Shown in pieces: positions 51,759-57,089 of a stretch of DNA of 57,089 nucleotides (positions are counted from its first letter, which is position 1; the number at the start of each line of letters is the position of its first letter). The DNA is taken from assembly GCA_026996165.1 (NCBI GenBank), contig JALWMP010000062.1, forward strand, positions 1 to 57,089, written 5' to 3'. The translations under genes were made by a program, and so were the position numbers. The stretch comes from Campylobacteraceae bacterium (GTDB lineage Bacteria; Campylobacterota; Campylobacteria; Campylobacterales; Sulfurovaceae). The notes under the pieces were generated by a model. It was given only the letters and a program-made list of their open reading frames with translations, was not told the DNA's origin and made no database searches.

Positions 51759-52532
51759 ATGAAAAAAATTTATATAAGTTTAATGATTATATTTTTTGTA
51801 ACAAGTAGTGCATTTGCTAAGACAGGGGTATCAAATGCAAAAAAATTAGAGCTAATCAATATTGTCAATCAACAACAAATCCTTTCACAACGGATTACAA
51901 AGGCATATTTGTATGTTAATAAGACAAATGTTTCTGGTAATGCAGATAGGCAATTAAAGAGTGCATTAAAGAGTTTTTATGAAACCTACTCTAAGATTAA
52001 TACATCTACAAAAAGTTCACAAATTATAACTATAATGAGTTTCATTAAAAAAAGTTCTAATGAGTTTAATAATTTAGTCAAACAGCCACATAGTAAAGAG
52101 AATACAAAAGAGATTTTAAAACTTAGTGAGATGGTTTTGTCTAAAAGTAAAAAGGTATCAACTTTGTTGAAAAAAGATTTAAATAAAAATATATATGAAG
52201 CGATGGAAAAATCAAATCAACAGCAGGTTTTAGCAGAAAAAATTGCAACCTACTGTAAGGCTTTAGAGTTAAATAAAAATGATGCAACTCTTAAACAAAA
52301 GATAAAAGTTACTATTGAAGCATTTGCTACAAATCATAAAAAGTTAATGCAAAATAAACAAAATAGTGAAATAATTTCAAAAAAATTAAGAGAGGTTGAT
52401 AGACTTTGGAAAGCTGCTTATCCAATTTATCAGGGTAAAAAATTTATTAACTCCATTGTATTTAACTCAACAACTCAAATCTCTAAAAAGATGAAAGAGA
52501 TATCTAAACTATATATGGCAATGAAAAAATAA
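51759..52532 (+). CDS. periplasmic protein with tandem PilJ/NarX-like four-helix sensor domains
   Basis: ATG at 51759 after aaggag. Signal AFA-K. INIVNQQQILSQRITKAY and second repeat QQQVLAEKIATY. Confidence 0.65.
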   Translation: MKKIYISLMIIFFVTSSAFAKTGVSNAKKLELINIVNQQQILSQRITKAYLYVNKTNVSGNADRQLKSALKSFYETYSKINTSTKSSQIITIMSFIKKSSNEFNNLVKQPHSKENTKEILKLSEMVLSKSKKVSTLLKKDLNKNIYEAMEKSNQQQVLAEKIATYCKALELNKNDATLKQKIKVTIEAFATNHKKLMQNKQNSEIISKKLREVDRLWKAAYPIYQGKKFINSIVFNSTTQISKKMKEISKLYMAMKK

Positions 52533-53278
52533 TGAAAAAAATATTTTTAATAGTGATTTTCTCAGTACTATTGTTTGGTTCTACTAGAGGTGACGTAAAG
52601 ATTATTGAAGCTTCTGAAAATATTCAATATTTGAGTCAGAAGATAGCAGTTGATTATCTACTTCTTTATACTAAAAAAGATAGTAGATTTTTAAAAAAAA
52701 GTATAGAAGATAATATTAAAAGATTGGCATTATATGTAGATGAAATATCTGAAACAACTAAAAGTCAAAGTACGAAGACTTATTTAAAGTACTTTAATCT
52801 TAGGTTAGAGAGTATTAAAAAAATTGTTAATCAAAAGAAGAGTATTGATAATGTTGAACGTATTTTAGATTATGGTGAAGAGTTTATCGAAGGGTCTGAT
52901 GCTATTATTGATGAGCATAAGTATAAATATACAAAAGAGGAGAAGATGTTGATGTTAAGTAAAAAAGCTCAATATCTCTTTGAATATGTAACAAGTTATT
53001 ATATGGCATCAAAAATAGGATTAAGTAGTAATTTTAATAGAGAAAAAATGTTTCAAGCTATATCTAAAATAGATAAAATTTTAACAGAAGTAAATGAATA
53101 CACCTACTCTAAAGAACTTAAAAAGAGTGTTGAGCAGATTTGCACTATTTGGACAACTAATAAAGAGTTTTTTAGTAATAAAGATGGACTATATATTCCA
53201 CATATTCTTTTACACTCTACTCAATATAGTCAAGATATTTTGGAAGAGATTGAGCGATACCATAAAAAAAATTTATAA
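52532..53278 (+). CDS. periplasmic helical protein, probable paralog of the upstream gene
   Basis: Signal peptide. IQYLSQKIAVDYL and YYMASKIG patterns. TAATG coupling to the previous gene. Confidence 0.6.
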   Translation: MKKIFLIVIFSVLLFGSTRGDVKIIEASENIQYLSQKIAVDYLLLYTKKDSRFLKKSIEDNIKRLALYVDEISETTKSQSTKTYLKYFNLRLESIKKIVNQKKSIDNVERILDYGEEFIEGSDAIIDEHKYKYTKEEKMLMLSKKAQYLFEYVTSYYMASKIGLSSNFNREKMFQAISKIDKILTEVNEYTYSKELKKSVEQICTIWTTNKEFFSNKDGLYIPHILLHSTQYSQDILEEIERYHKKNL

Positions 53279-55828
53279 TTGGGGAACTGTTTGAGATTGC
53301 TAACTTTACGAAATATATTATATATTATTACTTTTACTCTTGCTATAGTGAGTATCTCTTTTATTAGTTATAGATTATATAGTCTCTATCAAGAGTATCA
53401 AGCTATTAAAAAGAAAAGTCAACACTACTATCATTTTAATGACTTAAATAGGCTTTTAAAAAATATTGAAGATGAACGGTTTTTATCATCTATATATTTG
53501 AGTACCTCATTGGGGTTTGATGAACTTCAAGAAAAAAGATTGCAAGTTAATAAGTTATTAAAAGAGAGTAGTTTACCTATTGATAAACTACTTGAAACTA
53601 TTCGTCATAAGATTGACAAACATACCATTGGTTATAAATATATGATGAGTGATATTTATGAGAAGCAACTTATTGAGCCAATTTTAATAAAGATGAAAGA
53701 ACTCTCATCATCAAAAATAGAAGAGAATATTTTGATGTTAGCTAAGTTACATAACAATATAGAGTTAGAAGATAGTTTTTTAGCCTTTATCCTTTTAAAA
53801 TCAAAATCAATGCAAAGCAGTGATTTAAACTTTTGGGATACTATTATTGCAAATAGAGTTTTACCTTATTTTATGCAAGGTAGAAAGTTTAGTGCTAAGC
53901 ATTTTAGAGAGATTGGAGATAAAGAGTATACACAAATTTTAATAGATTCTAAAAGTGGAAAATATAGAGTAACTTTTGATAGATGGCACTATTTGACAAT
54001 GCAAAAACTTGAAAAGATTAATTACTTAGAAAATAGTTTCAATAGGCATGAAGTGAAGAAGCTTAATAAGATGATATCAGGTATTGAGTATAAGATAAAA
54101 AAGTATTTTTTAATACTATTGCTTCTTCTTGTTTTAGTTTTATTTATACTCTTTTTTATATATTATTTTTTCAAAATGCGTATAGAAGTGCGTTATCTTA
54201 AAAATACACTTAAAAATATTGAAGTAGATATTGACGTTGAAAAAAGAAGAGAGTTAGAAAAGCTATTAAAACGTAATGATAGTATTGAAATTTATAAATT
54301 TCTTGCTAATGCTATTAAAGAACCCAATAGAGCAAAAGACCTTTTTTTGGCAAATATGTCACATGAGATACGAACTCCTCTTAATGGGATTGTAGGTTTT
54401 ACAAAAGAGTTACGTCAAACACCTCTTAATACTGATCAAGAGGAGATGCTATCTATTATTGAAGAGAGTTCTAACCAACTGATTCATATTGTTAATGATA
54501 TTTTAGACTTCTCTAAAATTAAAGCTGGGAAAGTTGAACTAGAGGCTATTCCATTTGACCCTATTGCTACTCTTGAATCATCTGTTGATACTTTTATTGC
54601 TAAAGCAAGAGAAAAAAATGTTGAGTTAAAAGTTAATATAGACCCTAAAACTCCTACGGAACTTATAGGAGACCCTACTAAGTTATCTCAAATTTTAAGT
54701 AATCTAATCTCTAATGCCATTAAATTTACAGAAGAAGGTGGACTTGTTGTCATCTCAATGTTAATGGTAAGAGAAGATGAAAAAAGTACATTATTAAAAT
54801 TTAAAGTTAAAGATTCAGGCATAGGTATTAGTAAAGAAGAGAAGAAAAAGATTTTTGATGCTTTTTCTCAAGCAGATATAAGTACAAATAGAAAGTATGG
54901 AGGAACAGGATTAGGACTTAGTATCTCAAATAAATTTATACAATATATGGGTGGAAAGCTAGAGATTCAAAGTGAAGTAGGAGAGGGAACTTCATTTTAC
55001 TTCTCTTTAAATTTAGAAAAAACCTCTTCTGCTAAATGTAATAATAGATTGAATCTATTTTCATATAAAATAGGATATGTACCTCCTATTACTCCTCAAT
55101 GTATTGACCGATATTTAAAAAAATATATTGAGTTTTATGGTGCAAAATTTCAGATTTATAATAGGTATGAGATACTTAATTTGAAAAAAGATGAGTTACC
55201 CGATTTACTTTTTATAGATTATAAATGTTTTAAAAGTCAAAAACAACTTGAAGTCTTTTTGGATTTACCTTTACAAAAGATTTTAATTGTTGCAGATAAT
55301 AGAGAAGATGAATTGGTTGGAGTAAGAGATAAGATAGACTATCTTCTACATAAGCCTGTTAACTTTACTCGGACATTAAAAGCCCTAGAGGTACTAGAGC
55401 ATCACAAAATAGAAAGTCGTTTACCTCATCAAAAGCCTAAAGTAATTCAATTTGTTAATAAAAAAGCATTGATTGCAGAAGATAATAGAATAAATCAAAA
55501 GCTTATGAAAAGTATTTTGGAGCGTTTTGGATTTGAAGTTACAATAGTAGAAAATGGTCAAGAGTCTATAAAATTATATAATGAGACTAGTTTTGATATT
55601 ATTTTTATGGATATTCAAATGCCTATTATGGGAGGCATAGAAGCAACTAAGAAGATTTTATCTTTAGAAAAAGAGAGAGGAAAAGAACATATTCCAATTA
55701 TTGCTTTAACAGCTAATGCTCTTGAGGGAGACAGAGAGAAGTATTTAAATTTTGGTATGGACGAGTACCTTTCTAAACCAATTAATATGGATAGATTAGA
55801 AGAAATATTAGTAACCTTTATATTTTAA
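53279..55828 (+). CDS. membrane hybrid sensor histidine kinase / response regulator
   Basis: FLANMSHEIRTPLNGI, NAIKFT, DSGIGI, GGTGLGL, receiver EDN...FMDIQMP...SKP. The start may be TTG at 53291. Confidence 0.93.
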   Translation: MGNCLRLLTLRNILYIITFTLAIVSISFISYRLYSLYQEYQAIKKKSQHYYHFNDLNRLLKNIEDERFLSSIYLSTSLGFDELQEKRLQVNKLLKESSLPIDKLLETIRHKIDKHTIGYKYMMSDIYEKQLIEPILIKMKELSSSKIEENILMLAKLHNNIELEDSFLAFILLKSKSMQSSDLNFWDTIIANRVLPYFMQGRKFSAKHFREIGDKEYTQILIDSKSGKYRVTFDRWHYLTMQKLEKINYLENSFNRHEVKKLNKMISGIEYKIKKYFLILLLLLVLVLFILFFIYYFFKMRIEVRYLKNTLKNIEVDIDVEKRRELEKLLKRNDSIEIYKFLANAIKEPNRAKDLFLANMSHEIRTPLNGIVGFTKELRQTPLNTDQEEMLSIIEESSNQLIHIVNDILDFSKIKAGKVELEAIPFDPIATLESSVDTFIAKAREKNVELKVNIDPKTPTELIGDPTKLSQILSNLISNAIKFTEEGGLVVISMLMVREDEKSTLLKFKVKDSGIGISKEEKKKIFDAFSQADISTNRKYGGTGLGLSISNKFIQYMGGKLEIQSEVGEGTSFYFSLNLEKTSSAKCNNRLNLFSYKIGYVPPITPQCIDRYLKKYIEFYGAKFQIYNRYEILNLKKDELPDLLFIDYKCFKSQKQLEVFLDLPLQKILIVADNREDELVGVRDKIDYLLHKPVNFTRTLKALEVLEHHKIESRLPHQKPKVIQFVNKKALIAEDNRINQKLMKSILERFGFEVTIVENGQESIKLYNETSFDIIFMDIQMPIMGGIEATKKILSLEKERGKEHIPIIALTANALEGDREKYLNFGMDEYLSKPINMDRLEEILVTFIF

Positions 55829-56117
55829 ACCTGAGTTCGACGGAATACCATATCCACAATTTTACGAGGTTTTTCTCAAAGAGAGTGCAAAGCACTGCAT
55901 AGGCAACGATAGATTTTTGCAGGACTAACTAGTTAATTCAAAAAAATCTATCTAAGCATATGGGAAACCTCGTAAAACCCGTAGGGAAGCCTAAAAATAG
56001 GCAATCTTCTCAAAATAAAATTTTTGAATTAGCTACAGCTAGTCCTGCAAATTTGATTTTGAAAATCTTACCTATTTTTAGGCTTTTGTGGATATGGTAT
56101 TCCGTCGAACTCAGGTT
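55828..56117. mobile_element. MITE-like structured repeat, copy 3 (complete, inverted relative to copies 1 and 2)
   Basis: Perfect 34-bp IR including flanking TA: taaacctgagttcgacggaataccatatccacaa (55826-55859) / 56086-56119. No transposase inside. Confidence 0.9.
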
Positions 56118-56312
56118 TATAGTTATTTGTTTTTGCGTTTTTAAATCTTTTTTATGGTTTATTTGTCTCATGTTTATTCCTTTAGTTTTAATGTTTGAAT
56201 GGTAGTGAAATTTTTTGTCGTATTTTGTCCACTTTAAAATTCACTATATTTATTAATATTTTTTTAAAAAAATATAGTATAATTTAAAATAAATAAATTA
56301 AAAGATTATAAA

Positions 56313-56879
56313 ATGAAAAACAATACATCAACCGTTCACTCCTTCTACTCAGATGCTCCTAGTTATAAAGTAGAAACTAGAAAAAACAATAAAGGAATAG
56401 AGTTTAATTATGATGAAAAGAATCCTATTCTTATCTATACGATTATTCCCTTAGGTATTATATTTCTGCTATTACTTGACGATGTCTCTTTTTTGGCTAT
56501 AGCTATATTTTTAGGAGTTATTGTTAGTGTGGTTTTCTTTCACAGTATCTTAAAAAATGAAATGCTAGTATTTGATACACAGAGAAATATGTTTTATAGG
56601 TTCAATAAAAAGAGTAAAAAGAAGAGTGATTTGACCTCTTTTTCTAAAATAAATGCTATTCAGATTTTACATTTTGTACATACAACGACCCATACAGATA
56701 CCGATGATGATGGTTTTGACAATAGCTATAAAACCTATACTGATGCCTATGAGCTAAATTTAGTTTTGGAGAACAAAAGGATTAATGTGGAAGCAAACTC
56801 TGACTACAAAGAGATACAAAAAAATGCTCGAAAAATATCTAAGTTATTAAATGTCCCTATTGTTGAAGTGAAACAATAG
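56313..56879 (+). CDS. hypothetical membrane protein
   Basis: Two N-terminal hydrophobic segments followed by a soluble domain. TATAAT upstream. Confidence 0.65.
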   Translation: MKNNTSTVHSFYSDAPSYKVETRKNNKGIEFNYDEKNPILIYTIIPLGIIFLLLLDDVSFLAIAIFLGVIVSVVFFHSILKNEMLVFDTQRNMFYRFNKKSKKKSDLTSFSKINAIQILHFVHTTTHTDTDDDGFDNSYKTYTDAYELNLVLENKRINVEANSDYKEIQKNARKISKLLNVPIVEVKQ

Positions 56880-56958
56880 TGCTTATTTCATCATACTTAA
56901 CAGGAATAGATGAATTTATAGAGTTTTCAGATAGAAAAAATATTAAATTTGAGGTTTA

Positions 56959-57089
56959 ATGATGAGCCAAAAATCAAGCCTATACCGAACCATTGAAATC
57001 TTAAAACGCCTAAATGAAAGCAAACAACTCTGTGTAACTAGACTAGCCCAAGAGTATGAAGTAAGCGAACGAACTATTCGCCGTGACTT
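56959..57089 (+). CDS. N-terminal fragment of an HTH transcriptional regulator, probably WYL-domain type
   Basis: Hand translation MMSQKSSLYRTIEILKRLNESKQLCVTRLAQEYEVSERTIRRD. SD gagg. Runs off the window. Confidence 0.7.
   Translation, partial: MMSQKSSLYRTIEILKRLNESKQLCVTRLAQEYEVSERTIRRD

Noticed and set aside
55822-56122. A fixed target-site duplication for the MITE family
   Set aside because: Copy 3 fits TA, copy 2 fits AA or TAAAA, and copy 1 is truncated. The length cannot be fixed from three AT-rich sites.
55960-56205. 81-aa ORF
   Set aside because: Lies mostly within the MITE, with no SD or recognisable motifs.
56216-56230. tgtcgtattttgtcc as a WYL operator
   Set aside because: Only a 4-nt direct repeat with no matching palindromic half-site. 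Too weak.

Overview
AT-rich Campylobacterota chromosome segment (Sulfurovum/Sulfurimonas-like, inferred from gene content and the purA-DUF507-carA and mlaA-mlaC-MMPL orders). A ~37.5 kb cell-surface island (about 3750-41230) lies between housekeeping genes (tilS, rimO, SPOR on the left; purA, carA on the right). It encodes a Fic protein, a sapCDEF-like type I secretion operon whose SapC is fused to an apparently inactive Y1/RAYT transposase domain, and a complete ABC-transporter-dependent O-polysaccharide pathway (gmd, rmd-like, manC, wzm/wzt, WbdD-like methyltransferase, three-domain GT4, ligase, acyltransferase). It also encodes an S-layer protein, a TPR-LicD transferase facing a phosphonate operon (cytidylyltransferase-PepM, Ppd, Fe-ADH, predicting 2-hydroxyethylphosphonate), a second protein with the same N-terminal surface-anchor domain, and an intact RAYT bracketed by ~31-bp inverted repeats. 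The right part holds lipid transport, amtB-glnK, a porin, a sensing operon and the start of a probable WYL regulator. Non-coding DNA has three copies of a structured, modular MITE-like repeat and two small REP-like palindrome families. Strongest candidates for new biology: phosphonate decoration of an S-layer or its anchoring glycan, and a domesticated dead transposase fused to SapC. All product calls come from motif recognition, not database searches.
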